Of a stretch of DNA of 64,000 nt, positions 11,223-20,323 are shown one piece after another. Origin of the DNA: Candidatus Multivorans sp. (GTDB lineage: Bacteria > Acidobacteriota > Thermoanaerobaculia > Multivoradales > Multivoraceae). A program made the position numbers and the translations under genes. Under the pieces are notes generated by a model. It was not told the DNA's origin. It saw nothing but the letters and a program-made list of their open reading frames with translations, and did no database searches. The stretch covers positions 3,872,001-3,936,000 of the forward strand of contig OZ251997.1 in NCBI GenBank assembly GCA_965247095.1, written 5' to 3'. Numbering within the stretch: the first letter of the stretch is position 1; every line of letters starts with the position of its first letter.

Positions 11223-14065
11223 GCGGGAAGAAGATCGTCGTTCGGGGCGCGCGCGAGCACAACCTGAAGAACATCACGGTCGAGATTCCGCGCGAGCAGT
11301 TGGTCGTGGTCACGGGCGTGTCGGGTTCCGGCAAGTCCTCTCTCGCCTTCGACACCCTGTTCGCCGAAGGACAGCGCCGCTACGTCGAGTCGCTCTCGGC
11401 TTACGCCCGCCAGTTCCTGCACCAGGTCGAGAAGCCGGATGTCGACTCGATCGAGGGGCTTTCGCCCGCCATCTCGATCGAGCAGAAGTCGGTGTCCCGC
11501 AACCCCAGGTCGACGGTCGGTACCGTGACCGAGATCCACGACTACCTGCGTCTGCTCTACGCCTCGATCGGTGTACCCCACTGCCCGGAGTGCGGCAAGG
11601 TGATCCGTCCTCAGACCGTGCAGCAGATGGTGGACCGGGTGGCCGAGATGCCGGAGGGTACGCGCCTGCTGCTTCTCGCCCCGTACGTCCGGGGCAAGAA
11701 GGGCGAGTACCGCCGCCAGCTCGAGCAGATGGTCCGCGAGGGCTTTCTGCGCGCCCGCATCGACGGCGAGCTCGTCGAACTCTCGGGTGATCTGCCGGTA
11801 CTGGACAAGAACCGGAAGCACACGATCGAGATCGTGGTCGACCGGCTGGTCGTGCGGCCGGGCATTGAGCAGCGTCTGGCGGGGTCGTTCGAGACCGCGC
11901 TCGAAGTAGGCCGGGGACTGCTCGTCGTGGCGCCTCAGGGGCTTCCCGAGGAGACCATGTCGCAGCACCACGCCTGCGCGGACTGCGGCACCAGTCTGGC
12001 CGAGATCTCGCCGCGGCTGTTCTCGTTCAACAGCCCCTATGGCGCGTGTCCTTCGTGCAGCGGGCTGGGTTCTTCGATGGCTGTGGACGAACAGCGCATC
12101 CTGGACGACCCGCGGCGCTCGATTAAGGGAGGGGTGCTTCGCCCCTTCCCGTCTACCTCCCGCTCGTGGCGTCTGCGGATGCTCAGGACGGTCGCGGCCG
12201 AGTTCGGCTTCGACCTTGGGACCCCGTGGTGCGAGTTGTCCGAACAAGCCCGCCAGATCGTCCTCTACGGGTCCGGCAGCCGCGAGATCGGGTTCGAAGT
12301 CAAGGGGAAGCGGTCGTCCTACCGCTGGCGCGGGCGCTACGAGGGAGTCGTTCCGATGCTCAGGCGGCGACACTCCGAGACGGATTCGCCCGGTGTTCGC
12401 GCCGAGATCGAGAAGTACATGTCGGTAAGCACCTGCGGCGACTGCAACGGTCGCCGCCTGCGCCCCGAGGCCCTGGCGGTGCAGGTCGGCGGTCTGCCGA
12501 TCGACGAGGTGACCTCGATGCCGATCGGCGATCTGCGACGGGTCATAGGCGCCCTGCGGCTGACCGGGAAGGAGCGGCAGATAGCCGGCAAGATCCTCCA
12601 GGAGGTCGAGGATCGACTGTCCTTCCTCGGGGATGTGGGCCTGGGCTACCTCAACCTGGATCGGGCCTCGGGCACGCTGTCCGGCGGCGAGAGCCAACGC
12701 ATCCGTCTCGCGACCCAGATCGGCAGCAAACTCCAGGGGGTGCTCTACGTGCTGGACGAGCCCTCGATCGGTCTGCACCAGCGCGACAACGCGAAGCTGC
12801 TGCGAACGCTCAAGGAGATGCGGGACCTCGGCAACTCGGTGCTGCTGGTCGAACACGACGAGGAGACGATTCGCGAGGCCGACTGGATTGTCGACCTGGG
12901 GCCGCGGGCCGGCGAACACGGCGGCGAGGTGGTGGCGGAAGGGTCGGTGGCCCAGGTCGAGAAGGCGAAGGGCTCGCTCACCGCCTCCTACCTGCGCGGC
13001 GAGTCGGAGGTCCCGGTGCCGGCTACGCGGCGACGGGGCAACGGGAGTTGGCTCGGCATCCGCGGCGCGCGCCAGAACAACCTGGACGATCTCGACGTGG
13101 ACCTGCCGCTGGGGTGCTTCGTTCTGGTCACCGGGGTGTCCGGCTCCGGTAAGAGCAGCCTGGTCAACGAGGTCCTGTACAAAACGCTGGCCCGGGCCTT
13201 CTACCGCGCCGCCGCCCCGGCCGGCGATCACGACCGGATCGAGGGACTGGATCATCTCGACAAGGTGATCGCGATCGACCAGAGCCCCATCGGCCGTACG
13301 CCACGCTCGAACCCGGCGACGTACACCAACTTGTTCACGCCGATTCGCACCCTGATGGCGAAGACCACAGAGGCGCGGGCGCGCGGCTACAAACCGGGCC
13401 GGTTCAGCTTCAACGTGAAGGGCGGCCGCTGCGAGGCCTGCGCGGGTGACGGCCAGAACAAGATCGAGATGCACTTCCTGCCGGACGTCTACGTCACCTG
13501 CGACGTCTGCGGCGGGCTGCGCTACGACCGGGAGACCCTTCAGGTCCGTTACAAGGACAAGAACATCGCCGACATCCTGGCGATGAGCGTGGAGAACGCA
13601 CGCGGCTTCTTCGCCAACATCCCGGCCATCGACCGCATCCTCTCGACGCTGGACGAAGTCGGGCTGGGGTACATCCGGCTCGGCCAGCCCGCGACCACGC
13701 TCTCGGGCGGCGAGGCACAGCGCGTGAAGCTGGCGACCGAACTCTCCAAGCGGGCAACCGGACGCAGCCTCTACCTGCTCGACGAGCCCACCACGGGCCT
13801 CCACTTCGACGACGTGCGGCGCCTGGTCGCCCTGCTGCAGCGACTCGTCGACCGGGGCAACACGGTGCTGGTCGTGGAGCACAACCTGGACGTGATCAAG
13901 AACGCGGACTGGATCATCGACCTCGGGCCGGAAGGTGGGGCCGGCGGCGGCAGAGTGGTGGCGGCCGGCACGCCGGAGCAGGTGGCGGCTACACCGGAGA
14001 GTCACACCGGAGAGTTCCTGAGCAAGGTGCTGGCGGCGAGGACGCCGGTGCGAAGGGCATCTTGA
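11219..14065 (+). CDS. uvrA: Excinuclease ABC subunit A
   Basis: GAREHNLKN, two [10 protein letters not shown] Walker A motifs, LSGGE signatures, zinc fingers. Confidence 0.98.
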   Translation: MSGKKIVVRGAREHNLKNITVEIPREQLVVVTGVSGSGKSSLAFDTLFAEGQRRYVESLSAYARQFLHQVEKPDVDSIEGLSPAISIEQKSVSRNPRSTVGTVTEIHDYLRLLYASIGVPHCPECGKVIRPQTVQQMVDRVAEMPEGTRLLLLAPYVRGKKGEYRRQLEQMVREGFLRARIDGELVELSGDLPVLDKNRKHTIEIVVDRLVVRPGIEQRLAGSFETALEVGRGLLVVAPQGLPEETMSQHHACADCGTSLAEISPRLFSFNSPYGACPSCSGLGSSMAVDEQRILDDPRRSIKGGVLRPFPSTSRSWRLRMLRTVAAEFGFDLGTPWCELSEQARQIVLYGSGSREIGFEVKGKRSSYRWRGRYEGVVPMLRRRHSETDSPGVRAEIEKYMSVSTCGDCNGRRLRPEALAVQVGGLPIDEVTSMPIGDLRRVIGALRLTGKERQIAGKILQEVEDRLSFLGDVGLGYLNLDRASGTLSGGESQRIRLATQIGSKLQGVLYVLDEPSIGLHQRDNAKLLRTLKEMRDLGNSVLLVEHDEETIREADWIVDLGPRAGEHGGEVVAEGSVAQVEKAKGSLTASYLRGESEVPVPATRRRGNGSWLGIRGARQNNLDDLDVDLPLGCFVLVTGVSGSGKSSLVNEVLYKTLARAFYRAAAPAGDHDRIEGLDHLDKVIAIDQSPIGRTPRSNPATYTNLFTPIRTLMAKTTEARARGYKPGRFSFNVKGGRCEACAGDGQNKIEMHFLPDVYVTCDVCGGLRYDRETLQVRYKDKNIADILAMSVENARGFFANIPAIDRILSTLDEVGLGYIRLGQPATTLSGGEAQRVKLATELSKRATGRSLYLLDEPTTGLHFDDVRRLVALLQRLVDRGNTVLVVEHNLDVIKNADWIIDLGPEGGAGGGRVVAAGTPEQVAATPESHTGEFLSKVLAARTPVRRAS

Positions 14066-14066
14066 A

Positions 14067-15560
14067 GTGGTGATGTCGAGCCCATCCTCGGACCTGGCCG
14101 GGCGCCTGCAGCGCCTGCAGCTCGAGACGCTGTACGACCTGGTGGTGGCGCTCTACTCTCACGAGTCGGAGCAGGGTCTGCTCGACGATCTCCTGCAGAG
14201 GGTGTGTGCGGTGGTCGATCCGGCGGCCGCCGCCGCGGTGACCCGAGACCGTTTCGGTGTCGCCCGTGCCGCTGCGACGGTCGGCTTCGGCAGCCGTCCG
14301 CCGTCCGCCGAGACGCTTCTTGCCGGCCCTCTGTGGCACGACCTGCTGGCTCGGGATGAGACCGTGGCGCGTACCGGCGGCAAGCTGGCGGACCGCGAGT
14401 TCCGGTCGCTGGTGGCGGCGCCGCTCAAGTCGCGCGACTCTCTGCTCGGCTTTGTGGCGGTGCTCGACAAGGAGGCGCGGGGCGCCGGCGAACCAGGGTT
14501 CAGCGACGGAGACCGGCGCTTCCTCAGGTCCGTCGCGGCGTTGGCCGGTGTCGCCGTGGATGGTCTGCGCCAGGTGGAGCGTCTGGTCGTTTCGCGTGAG
14601 CGCCTGGCCGAGGAGAACAAGGTGCTGAAGGAACGCCTGGACGACCTCGCGGAGGTCGGGGGCCAACGGATCGTGGCTTACGCACCGGCCATGCGGCGCA
14701 TCCTGGAGGTCATCGACCGGGTTGCGCCGCGCAGCGTCAGCGTTCTGCTGCGCGGCGAGAGCGGCACCGGCAAGGAACTCATGGCAGCGCTCCTGCACCG
14801 GCGCTCGGAACGCTCGGGACCGCTGGTGGCAGTCAACTGCGCCGCCCTCCCGGAGAGCCTGCTGGAGAGCGAGCTGTTCGGCATCGAGGGCGGCGTGGCG
14901 ACCGGTGTGCGTGCTCGCCTGGGCCGTTTTGAACTGGCCGACGGAGGCACCCTCTTTCTCGACGAGGTGGCCGATCTCGATGTCGCTTCGCAGGTCAAGC
15001 TGCTGCGCGCGCTCCAGGAGCGTGAGATCGTCCGCGTCGGTGGTCAGCAGGCGATCCCGGTCGACACGCGTGTAGTCGCCGCGACCCACCAACCGCTCGA
15101 GCAGCTCGTAGCCGAGGGCCGCTTCCGGGAGGATCTGTACTACCGCCTGAAGGGGATCAGCGTCGAGTTGCCGCCGCTGCGCGAGCGGCGCCGGGACATC
15201 CCGCATCTGGTCCGGTACTTCGCCGAACGGTTCTGCGACCGGGAGGCGGTCGAGCTGCCCCAGTTCGATCGCGGGGCCCTGAACCTGCTCCTGGCGCATG
15301 AATATCCGGGCAACGTCCGGGAGCTTCAGAACATCGTCGAGGGCGCCGCCTCCCTGGCCGACGAAGTCGTCGACGCGTCGTTGATTCAGTCGCTGATCGG
15401 AGGCACTGCTGCGGGCGCCCAGGGGCCCGAGCCGCTCGATCTGGAGACCGTCAAGCGCCGCCATGTGCGGAGGGTGATCGGGTTGACCGGAGGCAACAAG
15501 AGCGCCGCGGCCAAACTGCTGGGTGTGCACCGCCGCACGCTGTCACGCGGTCACTACTGA
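14067..15560 (+). CDS. GAF-domain sigma54-dependent activator (bEBP, Fis HTH)
   Basis: N-terminal GAF-like region, GESGTGKE, ESELFG, GVATGV in place of GAFTGA, PGNVREL, HTH. Confidence 0.9.
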   Translation: MVMSSPSSDLAGRLQRLQLETLYDLVVALYSHESEQGLLDDLLQRVCAVVDPAAAAAVTRDRFGVARAAATVGFGSRPPSAETLLAGPLWHDLLARDETVARTGGKLADREFRSLVAAPLKSRDSLLGFVAVLDKEARGAGEPGFSDGDRRFLRSVAALAGVAVDGLRQVERLVVSRERLAEENKVLKERLDDLAEVGGQRIVAYAPAMRRILEVIDRVAPRSVSVLLRGESGTGKELMAALLHRRSERSGPLVAVNCAALPESLLESELFGIEGGVATGVRARLGRFELADGGTLFLDEVADLDVASQVKLLRALQEREIVRVGGQQAIPVDTRVVAATHQPLEQLVAEGRFREDLYYRLKGISVELPPLRERRRDIPHLVRYFAERFCDREAVELPQFDRGALNLLLAHEYPGNVRELQNIVEGAASLADEVVDASLIQSLIGGTAAGAQGPEPLDLETVKRRHVRRVIGLTGGNKSAAAKLLGVHRRTLSRGHY

Positions 15561-15594
15561 TCCGTCGGCCTCTGGTTGGGCGCACAGCCCGGAA

Positions 15595-15712
15595 GGGGCA
15601 ATTTGTCCCTGTGCGGGGCACAATGCCCCGCAGCCGTATCTGTCTTGACATTGTGGCGGGTTCCGGTTGATTCCAGGGTCGTTTGACGATCCAAGCGGGA
15701 CAAATTGCCGCG
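15595..15712. promoter_or_regulatory. Three related palindromic sites, candidate UAS for a bEBP
   Basis: GGGGCAATTTGTCCC (15595-15609), TGCGGGGCACAATGCCCCGCA (15612-15632), GCGGGACAAATTGCCGCG (15695-15712). Confidence 0.5.
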
Positions 15713-15801
15713 ACGTGCGATTTGCGATCGGCTTGGCCCGGTCTCGCGGAAAGGCCCGTCGGGCCTGGAATCCCGGCCATCTGCCCGACGTCGGCCTCCG
15801 C

Positions 15802-15817
15802 TGGCAGCGGACTTGCT
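15802..15817 (+). promoter_or_regulatory. Putative sigma54 -24/-12 promoter
   Basis: TGGCAGCGGACTTGCT with exact GG-N10-GC spacing and TTGCT. Confidence 0.7.
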
Positions 15818-15847
15818 CTTAGGGAAGGGCACCGAAGGGAGGTCGGC

Positions 15848-16069
15848 ATGATGGTAGGGTCGCAGTTCAGTTTTTTGGACCGTGGGGGCGTCGCCGCGCC
15901 GGCGTCGGGGTGGGGGGTTCTTTCAGGGTTCATGCATTGGGCCCTCAGTTCGATTCCGGCCGGTGTGTTCTGGTCTTCTGCGGTCGTCGCGAGTTTCGTA
16001 TGGTTCCTGTTGAACGATCAGCTCCATCCCGCGGTGATCTACTGTCTGAAGCTGTTTCTAACCACTTAG
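15848..16069 (+). CDS. Small hydrophobic hypothetical protein (73 aa)
   Basis: Strong SD AAGGGAGGT at 15835-15843 before ATG; hydrophobic VFWSSAVVASFVWFLL segment; directly after the sigma54 motif. Confidence 0.55.
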   Translation: MMVGSQFSFLDRGGVAAPASGWGVLSGFMHWALSSIPAGVFWSSAVVASFVWFLLNDQLHPAVIYCLKLFLTT

Positions 16070-16109
16070 GATTGCGGTTGCTGCCTCGGCGCCCGTTGCT
16101 TCTTTCTCC

Positions 16110-16553
16110 ATGTCTGAGTTCGGTGTACTCGAAGAGACCCATCTGACGTTCAGGCTCGCGCCTGAAATGGAGCTCCAGGCGCGGGCCAGCGCCTGCGCGG
16201 TGGCGAAGTCCATACGGATGAGCACCGACAAGGTCGAGGAAGTGGGCATGGCTGTGGTCGAGGCTTGCATCAATGCGATCGAACACAGCCGGGCCGTCGA
16301 CGGCCGGTTGCACCTTGAGTTGGCGGTGTTGGGGCCGGCGGAGGCTGACGATCCGCGGGTGTTGCGGATCACGATCCAGGACCAGGGGGTTGGATTCGAT
16401 CCCTCCAAGGTGGTACAACCGAGAATCGAAGACAACCTCACGTCCATCCGGAAGCGCGGATGGGGCTTGAAGATCATCGAGGGCTTGATGGACGAGGTGA
16501 ACGTGCTCTCGGGTGAGGGCGGCACCTCAGTCGTCATGTCGAAGGCGCGCTGA
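16110..16553 (+). CDS. RsbW/SpoIIAB-like anti-sigma factor Ser/Thr kinase
   Basis: AVVEACINAIEH, IQDQGVGFD, RGWGLKIIEGLMDEV. Confidence 0.9.
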   Translation: MSEFGVLEETHLTFRLAPEMELQARASACAVAKSIRMSTDKVEEVGMAVVEACINAIEHSRAVDGRLHLELAVLGPAEADDPRVLRITIQDQGVGFDPSKVVQPRIEDNLTSIRKRGWGLKIIEGLMDEVNVLSGEGGTSVVMSKAR

Positions 16554-16582
16554 CGCATGCGCGAGGGAGTTGGGTTGGGTCC

Positions 16583-16942
16583 ATGACCGAGGGTCTCAAG
16601 TTGGACGTGGAACGCCGCCAGGATCTGGCGGTGATCTACACGGACGGTTACATCAACAACCAGGGGGGCGAGGAGATCGCCGAGGCCGCCTATGTCCTGC
16701 TGGACGACGGCTACAGGTCGCTGCTGCTCAACCTCCAGGGCACGAAGATCGTCAACTCGATCGGCATCTCCATCCTGATCGAGATCATCGAGAAGATGCT
16801 CGACGTGAAGGGGCGCCTGTCGTTCTGCAATCTCACGCCCACGATCGAGAAGACGTTCCACATCATGGGTCTGGCGCAGTACTCGACGATCTACCCGGAC
16901 GAGCAGGCGGCAGTCGCTGAGCTCCAGTCGGGTACGTCCTGA
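16583..16942 (+). CDS. RsbV/SpoIIAA-like STAS anti-anti-sigma factor
   Basis: LLLNLQGTKIVNSIGISIL with phosphoacceptor-like Ser, 119 aa. Confidence 0.9.
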   Translation: MTEGLKLDVERRQDLAVIYTDGYINNQGGEEIAEAAYVLLDDGYRSLLLNLQGTKIVNSIGISILIEIIEKMLDVKGRLSFCNLTPTIEKTFHIMGLAQYSTIYPDEQAAVAELQSGTS

Positions 16943-16994
16943 CTCTCCGGACAGCCGAGCGGCCCGCGGTGAGACTCCGCCACAAGTCGCCCAA

Positions 16995-18620
16995 GTGTTG
17001 ACGTCCCCGGCAGCGAGTCGCTCCGGGAGTCTCAGCGATCTGTGGCGGCTGGCGGCGACGGCGGATGTCGCGGACTGGGAGAGCGGCGCGGTTCAGACGC
17101 GGTTGGTGAGGCACTGGTGCCAGGCCCATGGCCTCGATGGCGCCCAGATCTACCGCCGGGACGGTGGACCGGTCGCGTCCTGGGGTGTGCTCGGCCAACG
17201 GGAGAGCCGTCTCGAGCACAACCTGGTGCTCTACTGCGCCGGGAACGACGAGGCGGCGGGCAGCGGGGACAGCGCCGGAATGGATGGCGGCAGGACGCCG
17301 GAGGGAAGCGAACTCGCGGGCATCCTGGCTCTGGGTCTGCGGCTGCGCGAGTTGGCGGACGAGCTGAAGGACCGCAAGTTCCACGACAACTACAACGTGG
17401 TCACGTTGCAGGCGGTGTACGACGTGGGGCTGGCGATCGCCTCGACGCTGAACCTGGAGGAACTGACCGAGGAGATCCTGCTCCGCGCCGTGTCCCTGCT
17501 GGACGCCCGTCGCGGCGCCTTCTACCTGCGGGACGGGGAGGGCCGGTTGGCCCTGGCGGGGACGATCGGCGGCGGCGCCCGGGATGTCCTCGATGTACCG
17601 CCGGTCGCCGGTTCGGACGGCGCCGCCCTCGAAGAAGCGGCGGCCGGCGTGATTCCGGCTGCCGAGCACTCTCTCGCCGTGCCGATCGAGGGCGACGGCG
17701 GCATCGGCAAGGTCGGCCTGCTGGTGGTCGCCGACAAGGAGAGCCGAACCGGAATCGGACCGTTCGCGGCCTCCGACCGCAGGGCGCTGTCCCTGTTCGC
17801 GAATCAGGCCGCCATCGCATTGACCAACGCGAACCTCCATCGCCAGGCCCTCGAGAAGGAGCGGCTGGAGCGGGAGGTGGAACTCGCGGCCGAGATTCAG
17901 CGCAACATCCTGCCGTCCGACATGCCGAGCGTCGGGTGCTTCGAGACGGTGGGCTGGAGCCGGCCTTCCCGCCAGGTCGGCGGCGACTACTACGGCTCGC
18001 TTCAGCTCAAGGGTTCGCGCCGGGGAATGGTGGTTGCCGATGTCACCGGCAAGGGCATGCCGGCCGCCCTCCTGGTCTCCACCCTCGACTCGGCGCTCCG
18101 TCTGCTGGTCGACGACTCCCGTCCCGGCAGCGAAGGCGTCGGAGTGGAGACTTCGGCCGAGCTGTTCGAGCGCCTGAACAAGCACATCGTCGAGTCGAGC
18201 GCCAGCAACCGCTTCATCACCCTGATCCTGGTGGAGGTCGATCCTCAGAGCCGCTCCGTGCGCTACGTCAACGCCGGACACAACCCGGGCCTGTTGGTGC
18301 GCCGGAGCGGAGAAGTGACGCCGCTTGGCGCCAGCGGATTGCCGCTGGGCCTGTTACCCGGCTCGACCTACCGGGTCGACGAGGTGGAGATGGCGCCGGG
18401 CGACCTGATCTGTCTCTACAGCGACGGAATCACGGAGTGCGAGTCGGTGGCGGACGAAGAGTACGGGCAGGAGCGGCTGGAGGCGTTCCTGCGGGAGAGG
18501 CGCGACAGGCCTCTGTCCGAGATCGTTCGGGCCATCGACGACGAGGTCAGTCGTTTCGGGGCCGGCCTGCCGCAGGGCGACGACCAGACTGTCGTGCTGA
18601 TCCGCCGTCGGGCCGCCTGA
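16995..18620 (+). CDS. GAF-domain RsbU/SpoIIE-family PP2C phosphatase
   Basis: VGGDYY, VADVTGKGMPAAL, VNAGHNP, YSDGITE, GDDQTVV; start uncertain. Confidence 0.92.
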   Translation: MLTSPAASRSGSLSDLWRLAATADVADWESGAVQTRLVRHWCQAHGLDGAQIYRRDGGPVASWGVLGQRESRLEHNLVLYCAGNDEAAGSGDSAGMDGGRTPEGSELAGILALGLRLRELADELKDRKFHDNYNVVTLQAVYDVGLAIASTLNLEELTEEILLRAVSLLDARRGAFYLRDGEGRLALAGTIGGGARDVLDVPPVAGSDGAALEEAAAGVIPAAEHSLAVPIEGDGGIGKVGLLVVADKESRTGIGPFAASDRRALSLFANQAAIALTNANLHRQALEKERLEREVELAAEIQRNILPSDMPSVGCFETVGWSRPSRQVGGDYYGSLQLKGSRRGMVVADVTGKGMPAALLVSTLDSALRLLVDDSRPGSEGVGVETSAELFERLNKHIVESSASNRFITLILVEVDPQSRSVRYVNAGHNPGLLVRRSGEVTPLGASGLPLGLLPGSTYRVDEVEMAPGDLICLYSDGITECESVADEEYGQERLEAFLRERRDRPLSEIVRAIDDEVSRFGAGLPQGDDQTVVLIRRRAA

Positions 18621-18668
18621 TCCGCGGTCAGCGACGCGGAACGGCCTAGGCGGGGCCGATCGACGATC

Positions 18669-18684
18669 CGGCACGGGATTTGCC
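18669..18684 (+). promoter_or_regulatory. Putative sigma54 -24/-12 promoter upstream of pcm
   Basis: CGGCACGGGATTTGCC matches YGGCACG-N4-TTGC. Confidence 0.6.
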
Positions 18685-18698
18685 TATCATAGGGAGTT

Positions 18699-19490
18699 GT
18701 GTACTCGTTGAGCAGCCCGCCGCGGAACGGAGGGGCGCGTCACTTGCACCCGTGGGGAACGCGGGTTCTTGCTGCCGCCGTCTGTTTGTGCGGGCCTCTC
18801 GGGGTCGCGGCGCAGCCGAACGTCGAGGTCGACCACTTCGCCTCGCAGCGGAGGGTGATGGTCGACGAGCAGATTCGGGGCCGCGGTATCGAGGAGCCGC
18901 GGTTGTTGAACGCACTGGAGACGGTGCCCCGCCATGAGTTCGTGCCCGAGGCGCTGCGAGACGAGGCGTACCGCGACGAACCGCTGCAGATCGGTTCCGG
19001 CCAGACCGTGTCGCAGCCCTACCTGGTGGCGCTGATGGCCGACCTTCTGGAGCTCGACGGCGACGAGAAGCTGCTGGAGATCGGCACCGGTTCGGGGTAC
19101 ACGACCGCGGTGCTGGCGCGCCTTGCGCGCCGGGTGTACTCGATCGAGATCATCGAGGACCTGGCGGAGAGAGCGCGGGCGGTGCTCGACGACCTGGGTT
19201 ACGGCAACGTCGAAGTGCGGGTCGGCGACGGTTACCGGGGCTGGCCGGAGGAGGCGCCGTTCGACGGCATCCTGTTGTCCGCGGCGCCGTCCGAGGTGCC
19301 ACCGCCCCTGCTCGAGCAGCTCAAGGTGAACGGCGTCCTGGTCGCGCCGGTCGGTCGAGCCCTCCAGGATCTGGTCGTGATCCGGAAGACTGCCGACGGC
19401 CTGGTGCGCCGCCAGGTCGATGTCGTGCGCTTGGTTCCCATGGTCGGGCGCGCGCAGGAAGACCCGGAGGGAGAGAATCCGAACTTCTAG
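18699..19490 (+). CDS. pcm: Protein-L-isoaspartate O-methyltransferase with signal-like N-terminus
   Basis: VPRHEFVP, GQTVSQPY, LEIGTGSGY, GDGYRGWPEEAPFD; start uncertain. Confidence 0.93.
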   Translation: MYSLSSPPRNGGARHLHPWGTRVLAAAVCLCGPLGVAAQPNVEVDHFASQRRVMVDEQIRGRGIEEPRLLNALETVPRHEFVPEALRDEAYRDEPLQIGSGQTVSQPYLVALMADLLELDGDEKLLEIGTGSGYTTAVLARLARRVYSIEIIEDLAERARAVLDDLGYGNVEVRVGDGYRGWPEEAPFDGILLSAAPSEVPPPLLEQLKVNGVLVAPVGRALQDLVVIRKTADGLVRRQVDVVRLVPMVGRAQEDPEGENPNF

Positions 19491-19499
19491 GAACGGGGG

Positions 19500-19575
19500 T
19501 GGTGGAGCAGAAGGGACTTGAACCCTCGACCCCCACGTTGCGAACGTGGTGCTCTCCCAACTGAGCTACTGCCCC
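19500..19575 (-). tRNA. tRNA-Ala(CGC)
   Basis: GGGGCAGTAGCTCAGTTGGGAGAGC..CCACG-TTCGCAA-CGTGG..GGTTCAAGTCC..CTCCACCA, 76 nt. Confidence 0.96.
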
Positions 19576-19711
19576 ACAGGCTTGCCCCCGAGGCCCCGGG
19601 GGCGCCGGATTGTAGCAGCGCCGGGGTGTATGATCGGCGAGCGTGGCGGCGGTGCCGTGTGAGGCGACGTCGGATAGCCATAACTGACTGACTTCCAAGA
19701 AGAAAACGGAC

Positions 19712-20101
19712 ATGAGCAACGCGAAGAAGAATGAGGCGGACGGCGACAGCAGCAACGTGACTTCGATGGATCTGGCCCGCGAGGCAGTCGCCGAGGGCGT
19801 GGAGAAGGCGCGCTCGGCGGTCACTGACCGCGTCGATGCGGCGCGCGAGCGGATGCGCGACTCGAAGCTCTCGGAGCGTGTCAAGAAGGCGTCGGGTCGG
19901 GCCGGCGAGGCGGCTCGCGAAGGCTACGGCGTCGCCAAGGAGAAGCTCGGCCACGGCTACGAACGGGCGCAAAAGGATCTGGACCAACTGGTCGGCGACG
20001 TGAACGTGTACGTCCGCGACAACCCCGGCCGGGCGGTGCTGATCGCTGCCGGCGTGGGCTTCGTCCTGGGGTTCCTGCTGCGTCGTGACCGCCGCGCCTG
20101 A
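19712..20101 (+). CDS. DUF883/ElaB/YqjD-like tail-anchored protein
   Basis: Helical body ending in YVRDNPGRAVLIAAGVGFVLGFLLRR. Confidence 0.85.
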   Translation: MSNAKKNEADGDSSNVTSMDLAREAVAEGVEKARSAVTDRVDAARERMRDSKLSERVKKASGRAGEAAREGYGVAKEKLGHGYERAQKDLDQLVGDVNVYVRDNPGRAVLIAAGVGFVLGFLLRRDRRA

Positions 20102-20315
20102 ACAGCCCGCGATCGAGGATCGGATCGTCGGTAGTCTGACGCCCGGTCTCGACTGGGTGTCCGTGGTCCGGACCTATCCCCTGGCCTCCGTTGCGGTGGC
20201 CGCGTCGATCGGTTTCCTGGTCGGGCGCGCCCGGGGGCGGGAGATCATGGGCATCCTCGGTGACCTCGCCGGCGAGCGGGTCGACGAGAGCGTGCGCAGC
20301 TTCCTCGTTCGGTAG
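20085..20315 (+). CDS. Small membrane hypothetical protein
   Basis: VRTYPLASVAVAASIGFLVGR hydrophobic segment resembling the DUF883 tail; overlaps the previous gene. Confidence 0.6.
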   Translation: MTAAPEQPAIEDRIVGSLTPGLDWVSVVRTYPLASVAVAASIGFLVGRARGREIMGILGDLAGERVDESVRSFLVR

Positions 20316-20323
20316 CAACTTCG

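Noticed and set aside
11039-14005. Long antisense and alternate-frame ORFs (e.g. 988 aa opposite uvrA, 854 aa opposite the kinase, 738 aa opposite selB/ntrX)
   Set aside because: Expected stop-poor shadow frames in high-GC DNA; no motifs, and they overlap well-supported genes
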